From NCBI GenBank assembly GCA_951406725.2, contig OX597828.1, positions 27,962,001-28,026,000 on the forward strand: a stretch of 64,000 bases of DNA. The letters are read 5' to 3'. A model generated the notes under the pieces. The model searched no databases. It was not told where the DNA came from and saw nothing but the letters and a program-made list of their open reading frames with translations. The stretch is from Octopus vulgaris (taxonomy: Eukaryota). The position numbers and the translations under genes are program-made. Position 1 is the stretch's first letter. Each line of letters begins with the position of its first letter. This document shows, piece after piece, positions 1 through 14,532 of this stretch.

Positions 1-2624
1 TTGATCTCCACCCACCCACCCCCACTCCCCAAATATTAATATCAACATTGAAAACCTAATGTAATTATCAATTATCACGATCATTTATGATTTCATATCT
101 GGGTTTCTTTGTTTATATAGACTCAATTTTGCAGCTGCCTCGTTAATTCTTCCCTGAGCCCTAGATTTTTAGTGGAATATCTAACCACTTTACTCTATAG
201 ACAGGCTACACTGACTAACGACATACCAACTCCATTTATATGTTATGACATTGTATTACTAAAACTATTGCTGTTGTCTCTCTTGTTCATCACCTTGTCT
301 CTTCTATTACTTTTTCACTCTTACCTTCTCTACACACCCTTGTTTTTACCTTCCCCTATTCTCTCTTTCTCACTCTCTCACACACACACTCACACACAGA
401 CATTCGCACTATCTATTTATCTCTAGCCCCTTTAATGTTAATGCTGACTCAGCCTGTATCAAAATCCTTGCTACTCCCACATAATGGTTGAATGGTAAAT
501 GCTTCTTCTATCAATTTGTGCAAGTATCCAGGCTACCAGAACAATCTAACCAAAGTTAGCTTACAAAAATTATTCTTCATAAAATGTATTTTTAAAAATG
601 CATCAGCCGGATTCCAGCTAAACCCTGATTCAAATTAAAGAGTAACGTATCTAAAACAGAAAAAGATGAGAAAAACTCAACAGCCGAACTCTAATGCTTT
701 TATAGTCTTAAATAAAACGTACTTTTGCTTGAAATTTAATGAATAAAATATAGCCAACTGTCTAGAAAAGTGGAAATCAGATGAATTATATGCATCAGTA
801 AGATAGAATCGACACTAATAAGTTATAAACAAGTTTCACATTTATTTGGCTGGAAGAGTTTCTAAGAATAAACATATATCAGATGACAAAGATATGGCTG
901 AGAGATTTATAGTTATAAGAAAATCTACTTAATAGACTCAAGTTAATAATTGTTATGAATAAAATACATCCTATATTTACTCTAAGTGAATATGAATGTT
1001 TATCCTGCTTTCATCATTCGACTATTTCAAATGGTTAACATATCTTATATTATATATTAAACTTCAAATGTGATTCATTCAAGTAGGCTCAAGATATATA
1101 GAACTTTTAATGTCATATTGCTGACATTTGATCATAAGCTGAGCTTTTCTTATCTTTTCACAAAATGCAACAACATGGCCACTTCACACTTTGTGATGAA
1201 ATACAACAGAAAGGAAAACACACACAAAAAAAAGAAGAAAAATAGGTTGTTTTCTAAATTATCTGTAAAAAGATCTTCAGGAACTATATGAATGGCAAAC
1301 AACAACAAAACTACAATAACCATAATGATAGTGTTTCTTATTCTGCTATGAATACAGAAATCCTTCAAAAATATAGGTTCCCAGCAATAATAGAGGAAAG
1401 AAATTCTTTTTTACATGCAAGAAATAAACAATTGAACAACTGGCGCTACCTCAAAAGCACACAAGATTTTTGTTGGCCTCTTTTCTCATACAAATAATTG
1501 CTTTGTGATATCCATATATTGTGAGAGCATATTTCGCTAACTTTTTTTTCTGTCTGTCAGAATCTGATATGTAGACCAAAGCAATTTCCACATTGTTTAT
1601 TGTTGTTCATCAACGCCAACCTTACAGCTCCCATAACTAATGGGACCTGTTGGTTATATATTAACCTCACCTGAAACTAGGATCACAAACATTATGAAAA
1701 TTACTAGCCTCACAGCAAGTTTCCATTTATATTTTGATTTGTTTATATATTTGGTTAGACGAAATACAAACCAAGTGGAACATGAGGTGTCAGAATAAAT
1801 TAGAATTTCTTTGATACAAATAGTATTTCTTAGTATTTCTTGGATGTATTACCTTAAGATGAAAGTAAGTATCAACAACTTAATGTTATTGTGTAAAGGG
1901 AGTGTTTTTTTTATTTTTTATTGATCTGCTTATTATTACATTTTTTTTTATGCCACATTTCCTTGGGATATTGAACTCAACTGAAAGATATCATTGGCAA
2001 ATAAAAACATACTGTGTCCATATGAAAGCAAGTTTCAGCTTGTAAATCTTACATCATAATAGAAAAAAAATATTTTCCGACTTGATGAATTACTAATATC
2101 AAATAGAGTTTTTGTTATGTTTTTTAAACAAACTAATTATTTTGTTGTATTTTTATTTTCATTTGTGTTGATAGTGGTTTCTTATTTTTTTTTTTTTGTA
2201 GGGGGTTATTAGCTCTTTTGTTAAGCAATAAATATGCATAACAACAGCATTCGGGGAACTTGATGGGGTTTACAAAACTGTTGTAATGGTCTGGCTTTTA
2301 AGTTAGCAGCACAAGGTATTTTCAGGCTGTTAAAAAGAAATTCTTTTGAATTCATGGCAAACATTGCAGAGAAGCGATGATTTTGCCACTATTTCCTTTG
2401 TAAGAGCCACTTTTTCTCATTTTCTATAACTGCCTTCTTACATATGTATTCTATTTTACAGAGAATACACAGATATTAAACAAGTATTGCTGTTTTATCA
2501 AAACTCTCCTGATTTTTATCACAAAATTAAAAGTATTTAATCAGTCTGAATTACGATAAAATGGATGATTATTAATTCTGGTTCATTAAAACCCCTAACA
2601 GCAGGAGTTTAAATTACATCATTT

Positions 2625-2646
2625 CTCTAGTTCACTTTTGTAGCAA

Positions 2647-2683
<37 letters not shown>

Positions 2684-3178
2684 CCACCCAGAACAGCCCC
2701 TGAGTTTCTTCCCCCACTACCACTGGGCTCCTCCCAAGCCTGTACACACTCTCTAGTTCACTGTTGTAGCAACAGTGTGTGTGTGTGTGCCACCCAGGGC
2801 AGCCCCTGAGTTTCTTCCCCCGCTACCACTGGGCTTCCAAGCCTGTACACACTCTCTAGTTCACTGTTGTAGCAACAGTGTGTGTGTGTGCCACCCAGGG
2901 CATCCCCTGACTTTCTTACCCCACTACCACTGGGCTTCCAAGCCTGTACACACTCTCTAGTTCATTGTAGTAGCAACAGTGTGTGTGTGTGTGTGCCACC
3001 CAGGGCAACCCCTGAGTTTCTTCCCCCACTACCACTGGGCTTCCAAGCCTGTACACACTCTCTAGTTCACTGTAGTAGCAACAGTGTGTGTGCCACCCAG
3101 AGCAGCCCCTGAGTTTCTTCCCCCACTACCACTGGGCTTCCAAGCCTGTACACACTCTCCAGTTCACTGTTGTAGCAA

Positions 3179-3264
<86 letters not shown>

Positions 3265-3494
3265 GTGTGTGTGTGTGTGTGTGCCACCCAGGGGAGCCAG
3301 AGGGTGCAAACTCTCCTACCCTGATGTAATCTCCAGGGATACAGGCATCCAGCAACAGGACCTCCATAATGCCATGATGGACCGTGAAGTCTGGCGTAGC
3401 ATGGTAAATTCCATTGTCTCGACCACGGGCGAACAATGATGATGATGATGAGTTTCTTCCCTCACTACCACTGGGCTCCCAAGCCTGTACACAC
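2625..3494 (+). repeat. Tandem satellite, 6 units of ~100-125 bp, each containing a variable-length (TG)n
   Basis: Unit ctctagttcactgttgtagcaacag(tg)n-ccacccagggcagcccctgagtttcttcccccactaccactgggcttccaagcctgtacacact recurs near 2625, 2751, 2853, 2954, 3060 and 3156. Confidence 0.95.
3292..3450 (+). mobile_element. 5'-truncated RTE-type LINE 3' end inserted into the last satellite unit
   Basis: Peptide RGARGCKLSYPDVISRDTGIQQQDLHNAMMDREVWRSMV resembles RTE C-termini (M.DR..WR); stop runs into a (TGA)n tail. Confidence 0.7.
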
Positions 3495-3719
3495 TTATAC
3501 AGCAGACCCCAAACCGTCATCCCTGTAAGAACATTACCTGGGGTAAATGACAATCCCTTTAACCCCACCCATCAGCTATGTTACTGAACTTGTTGAATGC
3601 ATTAAAGAGTTGTTGGTGTAAAATCTTACAATTTTTGATGAGCTGATGTGCCACAGACTTGTTGCATTTTCAAATTCCTTACGAAGAATAAAGCATTTTA
3701 AACAGTAAAATAACAAAGG

Positions 3720-3945
3720 TTCCAAATTTTGGTACAAGGCCAGCAATTTTCATGGAAGCAGAATCAGTTGATTACAGTGACCAACCAGCATTCTACTGGT
3801 AATTAAATATTTTATTGACTTCCAAAACAAAGAAAGGGAAAGTCGGCCTTGGTGGAACTGGAACTCCAAAATGTAATAAACCAGAAGAAATGCCATTAAG
3901 TATTTTGTCCAGCATGGTCACCATTCCTCCAGCTCACCACCATAA
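3720..3945 (-). mobile_element. Degenerate SINE family B copy
   Basis: Reverse complement resembles 38598-38833 (aaagggaaagtcggccttggtggaactggaactc). Confidence 0.6.
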
Positions 3946-4475
3946 TGGTGGTGGTGGTGGCGGTGGTGGTGGTGGTGGTGATGATGAAAACATCAGTTTC
4001 CAGCTTTAAAATCCCATTTCCCATGTTCTTCCTTTATTCCAATTTGTGTTCCACTCAAAGGTTGTGGTCTTAGAGAAAATTTCTTGCCTCATCTGCAACA
4101 TTCTTCTGCTATTCTTTTTGCTTATTAATTCCCGTCATGATGCTCTCCATTGTTTTACTGTCTGTTTACTTCTTTCATCTTGTTATTTGTTTTAGTCATT
4201 GAGCTGCACCCACCCTGGGGCACTGCCTCAAAGGGTTCACTTAAACAGACTGGCTCCAGCAAAGACTGGTACTCATTCTATTGTTCTCTTATGCCAAACC
4301 ACTAAATTTGAGGAACATAAACACAAAGATACCCATTCATACATACATGCATACATACATACATACATATTAACAATGTGTATACATACATACACACACA
4401 GTTTTCTTGTATCACATTTACTTGCAGTTCATTGATTAGCCCAGGGCTATAGTACAAGACACTTGTATGCATATA

Positions 4476-4535
<60 letters not shown>

Positions 4536-4824
4536 CATATACATATATATATATATGTATATATATATATGTATATGTATATATATATGTATATGTATAT
4601 ATATATGTATGTATATGTATATATATATGTATGTATATGTATATATATATATGTATGTATATATATATATATATGTATGTATGTATGTATATGCATATAT
4701 ATATATATATACAATATATACACATACACATACATATATATATGTATGTATATGTATATATATATGTATATACATACATATGCATAAATACGTGTGTAGG
4801 TGTGCATGTATGTATGTGTGTGTG

Positions 4825-4857
<33 letters not shown>

Positions 4858-4862
<5 letters not shown>

Positions 4863-5160
4863 CATGACCACCGTGACCAACAAGGCTATCAGATGTTGCT
4901 ACACATCGCTGGTCACAATGTGCTTTGCATTGTTTTAGCCTTCAAATGATGCCACCTGGCTGGCTAAGCGACCAGGCCAACAGCAGAAAAAGTGAGAGAA
5001 AGTTGTGGCAAAAGAGTACAGCTGGATTCGCCACCACTGTCCTGCTGGAGCCTTGTGGAGCTTTAGGTGTTTTCGCTCAATAAACACTCTGGGAATCGAA
5101 ACCGTGATCCTACGACCGCGAGTCCACTGCCCTAACCACTGGGCCATTGTGCCTCCACAC
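4858..5160 (-). mobile_element. tRNA-derived SINE family C
   Basis: Reverse complement of 27179-27491; A box tggcccagtgg and B box ggtttcgattccc on the minus strand; one end abuts (TA)n. Confidence 0.9.
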
Positions 5161-5166
5161 ATATTT

Positions 5167-5560
5167 CTCTTTTACTTGTTTCAGTCATTTGACTGTGGTC
5201 ATGCTGGAGTACTGCCTTTAGTCGAGCAAATCGACCCCGGGACTTATTCTTTGTAAGCCCAGTATTTATTCTATCGGTCCCTTTTTCCGAACCGCTAAGT
5301 GACGGGGACGTAAACACACCAGCATCGGTTGTCAAGCAATGCTAGAGGGACAAACACAGACACACAAACTTATACATACACATATATACATATATACGAC
5401 AGGCTTCTTTCAGTTTCCGTCTACCAAATCCACTCACAAGGCATTGGTCGGCCCGAGGCTATAGCAGAAGACACTTGCCCAAGATGCCACGCAGTGGGAC
5501 TGAACCCAGAACCATGTGGTTGGTAGGCAAGCTACTTACCACACAGCCACTCCTGCGCCT
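5167..5560 (-). mobile_element. Full-length tRNA-derived SINE family A
   Basis: Near-identical reverse complement of 36148-36550; A and B boxes, internal (TA/TG)n spacer, gtaaaagag tail. Confidence 0.95.
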
Positions 5561-5579
5561 ATATATATATATATATATA

Positions 5580-6160
5580 AACTACAGCCTAGAAGACAAG
5601 CCTTGTCCTAGAAGATATGTAGAGCTTGATGAGAACATCCTGCAAACCCTTGTTGAACAAAACTTCATCATAGCTGTTGAAGAACTAGTAGAGAAGCTTG
5701 GATTTGGTCATTTAACAATTCATTGACACCAGCGCTAGAAGAAAAATGACCAACTTTACTTTCAAGATGAAAGGTGTTCTTCCATCAGGATGATGCGCAG
5801 CCACATATAGCGAGAATGACATTCCAAAGGCTGGAGCAGTTTGAATGGGAAACAATGCCCCACCCACCGTTTTCACCAGACATTGTCTTATCTGATTATC
5901 ATTTATTCCGCAGTCTTCAAAATCATTTGGACAGAAAAAATATAAATTCTGTAGACGAGGTCAGAACAGTACTTTTTGTCACAGTCAAGTGACTTTTGGA
6001 AGAGGAGACTTACACATCAACCAGATAGTTGGAAGAGCATTGTAGAAAATGAAGGAGAGTATATTTTAGATTAAAAAAGAACTTTATCTTAATTTTGAAA
6101 AATAAAAGAAATGAAAATAAAGTTTTTTAAAAATCACATTATTTATGGTGTGACCCAATA
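5580..6160 (+). mobile_element. Internally deleted mariner transposon remnant with 3' TIR
   Basis: LEDKPCPRR...EELVEKLG (HTH region), HQDDAQPH and HPPFSPDIVLSDYHLFRSLQNHL match mariner HDNARPH and YSPDLAPSDYHLF motifs; terminal aaatcacattatttatggtgtgacccaata followed by TA. Confidence 0.92.
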
Positions 6161-6514
6161 TATATATATATATATTTAATGTAGGATAAAATTTTTTCGA
6201 AAAAAATTTTATCAATGGCCAGCATATTAAAAAATACCTTTAGAAATTCTTTCGTTTGCCCTTATTCATAAGTTATATATATATATATATATATACATAC
6301 ACACACACACACACATATATATATTCTTTTATTGTTTTACTTGCTTCAGTCATTTGATTGTGGCCATGCAGGAGCACCACCTTTATTCAAACAAATTGAC
6401 TCCAGGACTTATTCTATTAGTCTCTTTTGCTAAAGTTACGGGGACTTAAACGCACCAAAATCAGTTGTCAAGCGATGGTGGTAGGACAAACGCAGGCACT
6501 CAACCACATACACA

Positions 6515-6550
<36 letters not shown>

Positions 6551-6593
6551 CATATATATATATATATCTACATACATATATATATATATATAT

Positions 6594-6706
6594 CAGAAAT
6601 GGAAAACAAAGCAATAAGTTAAACAATTATAAATTCAATTCAATTTAAATATTTTATACAAACAATTTTTAATGGTTCAGTTTATTGTTTTGTTTTCCAT
6701 TTCTTA
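6594..6706. repeat. Imperfect foldback (~40-bp arms) embedded in (TA)n
   Basis: agaaatggaaaacaaagcaataagttaaacaattataaatt versus aatttttaatggttcagtttattgttttgttttccatttct. Confidence 0.8.
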
Positions 6707-6882
6707 TTTCTATTTATATATTAATTATGATAATAATTTATATATTAATTATATATTAATAAACTGTGTATCTATTTTTTTAATTTACCTATTGGAATAG
6801 CATTGTTTTTGATACAGGTAATATAAACTGGTAAATTCTTCGGATATTTAATATCCCTTAGGTAAGTTTAATACCTAGCTAA

Positions 6883-6935
<53 letters not shown>

Positions 6936-6940
6936 CACAC

Positions 6941-7089
6941 AACAGGCTTCTTTCAGTTTCTATCTACCAAATCTATATCCTCTCACAAGGCTTTGATCAC
7001 CCCAAAGGTGCCACACAGTGGGACTGAACCTTGAACCATGTGGATGGGAAGCAAGCTTCTTACCACACAGCCACTCCTGTGCCTATTAT

Positions 7090-7128
<39 letters not shown>

Positions 7129-7295
7129 CATGATGTTCTTCTTTCAGTTTTGTTTTTCCAAATCCTTTCACAAAACTTTGGTTGACTTAAGGCTATAATA
7201 GAAGACATTTACCCATGTTGCCATACAGTGAGGCTGAACCTGGAACCATGTAGTTGAGAATCAAACTTCTTACCACACAACCATTCATGTACCTA
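6941..7295 (-). mobile_element. Two degenerate SINE family A heads in tandem
   Basis: gggactgaacc...accatgtgg...cttcttaccacacagcc seen twice. Confidence 0.85.
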
Positions 7296-8204
7296 TGTGT
7301 TCTTTCATTTTCTTTCCTTTTTTTAAAAAAAAAAAAAAAAAACTTTGATAACACCTCTATCACTTACCAGTATGACATTTACTAACTCCACCTCTTGCAA
7401 CTAATATGTCACCTCGCTAACAGGGAATTTATCTAATTGAGGAAAATATCTCCACAACAAAACTGAACTGGAAATAGATTATTTCCTATTCAGAAACAAT
7501 AATGACATGTCATAAATTATTTGGTTTTTGCTCAGAATTCTTCTCTTTGTTTAAACCCCCATAGAATATATTATGGCCAACATCAGTAGGGATATGGCAT
7601 CTACTTTAGAAAATGGTAGTTTAATGCATGAGAAAAACTTGCACAATTCTCATTTAGTTCAATATCTTCTAAGCATATACTTCATTTTTGTGGATTTCAT
7701 AATGATTCCAAGAATTTCTTTACTTTTTCTATTTTCTCTTTTTATTTTTTTTTTTACTTATTCTTTTTTTATTTTTCAAAGGGACTTTGTTTTTACCTTA
7801 ATTGGTTGTTTCTTTTTTGTTTGTATATTTTTCTGAATAAGAAACTGCAACAGAAATAGAAAAGAAGAAAAAAACCACTAAAACAAAACAAAACAAAACA
7901 ACAACTGTCATTTGCTTAAATGATACAGAAGAGTAAATCTACATTCTGTAGAAATTCTTGTGTGATGTATATGTACATATGTATGTAGTGTGTGTGTGTG
8001 TGTGTATGTATGTGTGTGTGTGTGTGTAATGTTTGTATATATGTATGTCTATGTGTGTATATATGTATGTAATGTGTGTACGTAATATATGTATTTATAC
8101 ATCTTTGTATTTGTGAGAGTATGTTTGCATGTGTGCATATGTATATATGTATATTAGGTATATATTTATGTCTATATATATTTATACGCATATACGTGTC
8201 TCTG

Positions 8205-8240
<36 letters not shown>

Positions 8241-9070
8241 TACATGTTTATATGAGTATATATGTGTGTGTTTGTGTATGTGTCTATACTTACACATGTG
8301 TGTGTATATATATATATATATGTATGTATGTACATCTCTATACATGTCAAACATATATTTTTCAAACTTTCTTTCTGTCTTTTTCTCATGCATATATCCA
8401 CCCTACCCCTCATCCATTCATTCTTTTTCTGAATACGTATGTGCGTGTGCAAGTGTGTGTGTGTGCGTGTTTGTGTGGAGGTGATGTATATATTTGTTCC
8501 TGGTAATTTTCTGTTCTTTTGTATGCTTCTAATGAGCGCAATACCACGCTGCACATTACAGTAAGCCTATCATCAGACAAATCAATCAATCGCTGATCAA
8601 TATATGCAAAAGATTATGTTCATAAAACATGCCCATACTTCTACTGAGAAAAATATAAAACTAGACAACAACAACAACAACAACAAAGCAACAACAACAA
8701 CAACAACAAAAATGTAGATAATGACAAATATTAATTCTCACAAAAGTAACAGCAACCAAAAAAAAAATATAAATAAGGAACGAATAAAAAATAAAATTAA
8801 ACTGAAACAGAATTTTTAAAATTCATATCAGTTTTTAAACATAATCAATCTGTGTGTCTATATGTCTGTTTGTATGTGTGGGTAGCTGCATGTCATTTTC
8901 GAGTTGTGCTTTGTATGGATGCAACTGTGTGTATATAGATATATACCTGTGAATATGTGTGTGTGTGTATGTGTGTAATGTATCTTCATATGTGTCTGCA
9001 TATATAATATGAGCATCTGTGTTTATGTGCTTGTGTTTGTGTTTACCTGTGCTTATTCTGTCTGCATACC

Positions 9071-9109
<39 letters not shown>

Positions 9110-9127
9110 ATATATATATATATACAT

Positions 9128-9230
<103 letters not shown>

Positions 9231-10957
9231 CATATATATATACATATATATATATGTATATGTATATATATTTCTGTGTGACTAGATATATAATATGTGC
9301 AAGGGAATAGTTGAAAGGTTATGTATGAGGGACACACTGGAACACACATGCACAAATGCTTGTGCATGTGTGTTTGTGTGTGTTTGTCTGTGGATATTCA
9401 TACATGCATACTCTATACACTTCATGTTATGAAAATGTGTGTTCACATATATGTGTATAGTTGTATAGCTGTTTCATCTGCATGCATTTCTACTGTGTAC
9501 GTACACTTGCACACACAAACATTCAGTTGTAAAATTCATATACCCTTCATATATTAGACACTACAAATATGTATATATATATACAATATTTATATATATA
9601 TATATATATATGAACACATACACACACAAAATATATACATATGTACAATATATATATGTGTTTATATATATATATATATATGAACACACACAAAATATAT
9701 ATGTATATACAGAATATATATATATATATATATATGCATGCATACACATACACATATGCATACATATATAATTTTATTCAGTTACATACAGGCACACAGA
9801 TGTTTTTCCTAGAGTTGATGTTTTCTTTTAACATTAAAAAAACCAATTCCAATATTCCTTATCAGTAACTGGAATGGAAATTTTTATTTTTAACCCCCCC
9901 CCCCCCCATACTTCTTTCTAGTGGGTTTTTTCTGGGTTTTTTGTTGTTGTTTTTTTGTTGTTTTTTTTACCATGAAATTTTATTTCTGAATTTTAAAAAG
10001 GAAAGTAAATATTCAGCTTTCTCAAAGTACTTTTCATTGGTTGTTGTTGAAAAATATTTATTTTAACTTTGCTTTCAATTATTCCATGTGTAAATAGTTT
10101 GAGCACATCCTCAACATTGTGATTTCCTTTTTGTTGTGAATGTTGTTTTTTTTTATCATCATCATCATTATCATCATCATCATCATCATGTCATTATCAT
10201 CATCATCATCATCATCACTGTCATTATCATCATCCTGTCATTATCATCATTATCATTATCATCATTATCAACATCACCATCTTCATCATCATCCCTCCCA
10301 ACATCAGTACAATTATGATTAGCATTGTCATCATCATCATCATTATCATAGTAGTTATCAGACTAATATGACTGTTATTCCTTCCCTGTTTGCCATCACC
10401 ACCACGACCACCACCACTAACAACAACAACAACCACCACCACCACCACCACCACACCTCTAGTTATCAATATAGGTGTTAATGTTGATGACAATTATGAT
10501 TGTCAGAATAATATCAAAAATAATTGAAATAATTACCTTAATAAAGATTTTATTTACAATTCATTTATTTATTTATTTTCCTTGTCAAAAAGATAATTTT
10601 GTGTAGGAGTTCATTATCATCACCATTGTCATCATCATTTTTAATATCTGTTTTGCGTGTTTGCATACATCAGGCATAAGTATATCGGGGTTGTGACTGA
10701 ATTTGCATTGGTCTGATGCCCTTCCTGATGTTGAGTCCTGCATGATTCCAGTAAGTAATGAGGTTGTAATATCCCAGTCTGTTGAACAACCTGTAGCATG
10801 GACATGTTTACTTGGAAAACTGGAAACAAAACCATATGAATGAGCCTTTTGTTTACAATGATTGTGTGTAACATGTCAAGAAGCCTGGACATGCTTTGGT
10901 GGTGGACTGCAAGACCATTGTTTACAACCACCGAAAACACTTAAAGACAAATCACAT

Positions 10958-10991
<34 letters not shown>

Positions 10992-11100
10992 CTTTATCAT
11001 CATTTATCATGTTTCCCAGGCTACCATGGTTAGGACTGTTTTGACAGCATCCAACAAAATGCAGGGCTACATCACACTCTACACATATACACAAATACAA

Positions 11101-11338
11101 TGGGCTTCTTTCAGTTTCCTCTTCCAAATCCAATCACAAGACTTTAGTTGGCCTGGAGCCTATGACAGAAGACACTCGCCGAAAGTGCCATGCAGTGGAA
11201 CTGAACCTAAAACCATGTAGTTGGAAACCTTGAGGCTATAGTAGAAAACACCTGCCCAAGATGGTACACTGTGAGACTGAACCTGAAACCTAGGGATCAC
11301 AAATCAAGCTTCTTAACCACACAGCTGTGCTTGTACCT
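11101..11338 (-). mobile_element. Degenerate, partly duplicated SINE family A head
   Basis: ggcttctttcagtttcc...gactgaacc...cttaaccacacagc. Confidence 0.8.
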
Positions 11339-12394
11339 TTAGAGTATAATTTATTTTGAAGAAGTTAAAGTATGTTGAGTTGCTGAAAACTAGTTGACAA
11401 TTGGGATATTTAACAAATAATAAAACATTAAAGATTACTGAGGTCCAACATGCTCACATTTGCATTCATGCGCTTGCATGCACATTTTGGTGTGTCTACA
11501 TACACACACTGGTGTATACAATTACTGTCTTTATCACACAAACACAGAAATATTCACCTCACTTATTCATAGCACTCTACTCTCTCTGTGTGCCAACTGA
11601 GCAGAGCAAATGCCAAGCTTCAGTACAGCTCTTAAAATCAACAAATTCTTGATGTTATGGTTTTGTCTGGCCTGAGACCATATCATACATTTATAGTATT
11701 TTTACTTGCTTCTGGTTTCTCATTTCAATTTTGAGTGGTTGTTGTTAGAGAAGTCATCCAACTGAACACTAACTACAAGACCAATTGGGAAAAGCGAAAG
11801 TGAAAACAGAAAAGGAACGCGTTTATTTCTTTCCTTTAGAAAGGAAAGATACAGATAACTATTGCTACAGAGCATCAATTTGTGATAATATAACTAGAAA
11901 AGTAACAAATTTGATCAAATAAAACTTTTATTTCCCTTCATTCCCCTGCTTCCCTAAAAGATAAATTCAACTCTACTATGCTTGTAGTCAATCACACTGC
12001 TTGGATATGTCAGTTGCCTGCTCATCGCTAATCACAATAACCAGTTTGTGAAAGCTGCACACCTTAATTGTCCAGCCATACCAGTATAGTAGTACAGATG
12101 CCAAATTGACATCGTAATTATAGTATTTTGTTGTCTGTTCCTCAAGGAATGATACTGTTTGCAAGATTGCCGACTTTCTTTCTTTGACATTTCCTGCTTG
12201 ACAAAAGAGTTAAGTAAGAAACTCTGCAAGAAAAAGTTTTAGTAACAAGTTTTAACTCGTGTAAGATAATCATAAAATTCAGTTTAAATAGAGTCTCACA
12301 GATTTGCTTCTCTCACTGATGTTTGCATATTCTTCTGTTGACATGTTTCTCTCTCATAAGACTTTCATATATAAAACCAAAAGATAACTTTTAA

Positions 12395-12727
12395 CCCTTT
12401 TGTTTTGAAAACAATGAAAAATTTAGGAAAAATTACTCTGTCGTTATTAAGTTGGTGTTTAGAACCTAGATTAGCATGAAATTTTGATGCAAGGTTTGGA
12501 TTTGGATTACCTTAATCATTTTATTACCATATTCCTGCTAAAATACACAACCTTTGTTTTACTTAATTTTGAAAATAAGAAAGAATTTTGTAAAATAACT
12601 TTCACATTAACAAGTATGTATATGGAATACATATGAACATGAAAGCTTGATAGAAAGTATTAGATTATTTTAAAATAAGGAATTCATATCACAGAACCAA
12701 GAATTGTCCCAAATAATTTCAAAAGGG
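12395..12727. mobile_element. piggyBac-type MITE
   Basis: TTAA|cccttttg ... caaaaggg|TTAA (TTAA target duplication and CCC-starting TIR). Confidence 0.7.
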
Positions 12728-13793
12728 TTAATTGTTTTGGGGGAAAGATTTAAAGCCAAGCTTTTTCAGTTAAACTAGCAACATTTTTTTTTCAATTTAA
12801 ATAGATGCAGTTATAACTTTTCTTGTCAAGTCATGACTGATTTGCAAATTCAATGAACCAGCTTATACAGAATAGCTGTTAACCGTTTATTTCAGTAGGG
12901 TACAATGAGTTATTTTGTTAACCCAGGTGAAACGAAGTACTGGTGAACTTTGTATTCATCTCAAACCATAAAATCTTCTCTCTCTCTCTCTCTCCCTTCT
13001 ACATCCTTAACAGAGTCCAAAGAATGTTGAAAGAATTACCTTACCATATTTATTCCAGCTCCTTACATTCTGAGTTGATATTTGAATTTGAAACACTCCC
13101 AGACATAATTTTGACAACTAATTCTTTGAATAATCTCAGTTAGTTAATTTAATATATATTTTTTTTTACTCACCAAACGACACATAAAATTCTACCATGT
13201 GGTTATTTTACTAAATCCCTGAAATTCCTTGCTTATTTCCAATACTAAGCTAAAACATATTGGCAGTGTATTGCCTTAGAAATATGGCTATGGAAGAGTT
13301 AAATCGCATGCATATAGTTGCATTTAGTAAACATTCCTGCTTTTCATTCAATCTTTGTGTCTTTTCATTTTTATTTCACTCTGATATTATATCGCTACAA
13401 GAAATTGTATTGAGTGTAATAAAGATATTTCTAAAATTTTATTTTTTATTTTACTGTATGGAGGATTTTTATCATAACTGCTACTTATACAGAGAAGAGC
13501 TGCATTCAGTGTTCTTATCCACACTAATATACTTTTGGCTGTCAAAGTTTATTATGAGCAATAAAAGAAGGATAAAAATTCTCTCAGCTTGTATCTGCTT
13601 CTTCATTTGTATTACACTGTCTCTGCAAACCTTTGCATGTTTGGAATAAGGAATGGTAACGAGTAAGAGGAAGTGTGAACCAGTGTGAATATAAATTATA
13701 AGAATATCCTATTGTTGACTCAGTATATGTAATAATGTTTGCTCTCGCAAGAAGCTTTCAATTGATAATCTACTACAGCAGACGTCCTCCTAC

Positions 13794-13838
13794 CTTCAGC
13801 TTCAGCTGTGTTCTGTGTTCGTATGCCCTGCTGCTAGG
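13794..13838 (-). CDS. Candidate 45-nt symmetric exon (PSSRAYEHRTQLKLK)
   Basis: Minus strand tcagttttacag|...CTGAAG|gtagga, open in phase 0, in unique sequence; no homology recognised. Confidence 0.2.
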
Positions 13839-14135
13839 CTGTAAAACTGAGTTCTTCATAAAAATCTACACCATCTGAGTCAACACTGATATAACTAGAG
13901 TGGATGATCAAACTAGGTGATGAAAACGAAGGATTAGTGAATTTCAGATGGCTCATATCTTTTGAAGGCCATTCAAACGCTGCTCTGTCAACACAATCCA
14001 GCATATTTCACTTGCCAATTCATGACAACATACACTCAGATATTAACAATGATAGTGAATTACATGGCTTGCAGTGAACTGAGGAAGGGATGTACTGTGA
14101 ATATAGCAATACATTTATATGTGTATATGTGTATG

Positions 14136-14201
<66 letters not shown>

Positions 14202-14388
14202 TGTGAAGGGGGCATAAGTGTGTGTAAAGTGCTTTTGCATGTGATTTTTGTCTGTGAGTGTCTTTAAATGAGTATGTGAGACAATGGTAAGAAAAATATA
14301 TGCAAGATAGAAGATGCGCCAACTTTAATAAGATGCAAGCTGAATGAGATTTCCTTATACTTCCAACTGCTTTCCACATTTCAAACAG

Positions 14389-14463
14389 CACCGTTTGTTC
14401 CCATCCCCAGGTCTTTTTCTGCACCAGTTGTGTCAACATTTGGCAGAAGTGAAAGCAAACACG
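14389..14463 (+). CDS. Candidate 75-nt phase-1 exon (xPFVPIPRSFSAPVVSTFGRSESKH)
   Basis: Pyrimidine tract plus aaacag acceptor; donor G|gtttgt, or TT|gtaagt after 14467; open frame; no homology recognised. Confidence 0.3.
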
Positions 14464-14532
14464 GTTTGTAAGTCATGTGACTTGTTTTTCCCTTCTGTGT
14501 TCCTTCCACCACACCAATATTGGGATGCTTAC

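Noticed and set aside
2625-3494. CRISPR-like repeat-spacer appearance
   Set aside because: Constant part is ~95 bp, the spacers are (TG)n, there are no cas genes and the context is eukaryotic.
5329-5526. Recurrent peptide MSSNARGTNTD...LNPEPCGW (also 32528, 36182, 43475)
   Set aside because: Antisense read-through of SINE A copies, not a gene family.
6185-6213. gataaaattttttcgaaaaaaattttatc palindrome as a terminator or operator
   Set aside because: Low-complexity A/T arms inside a microsatellite-flanked repeat fragment; no evidence of function.
7368-7470. Exon candidates on either strand (minus RGDILVARGGVSKCHT|gtaagt; plus ctaacag|GIYLIEE...)
   Set aside because: Mutually conflicting, short and without recognisable homology.
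13901-14085. Box C/D snoRNA (gtgatga ... ctga)
   Set aside because: No terminal stem, and no recognisable rRNA guide.
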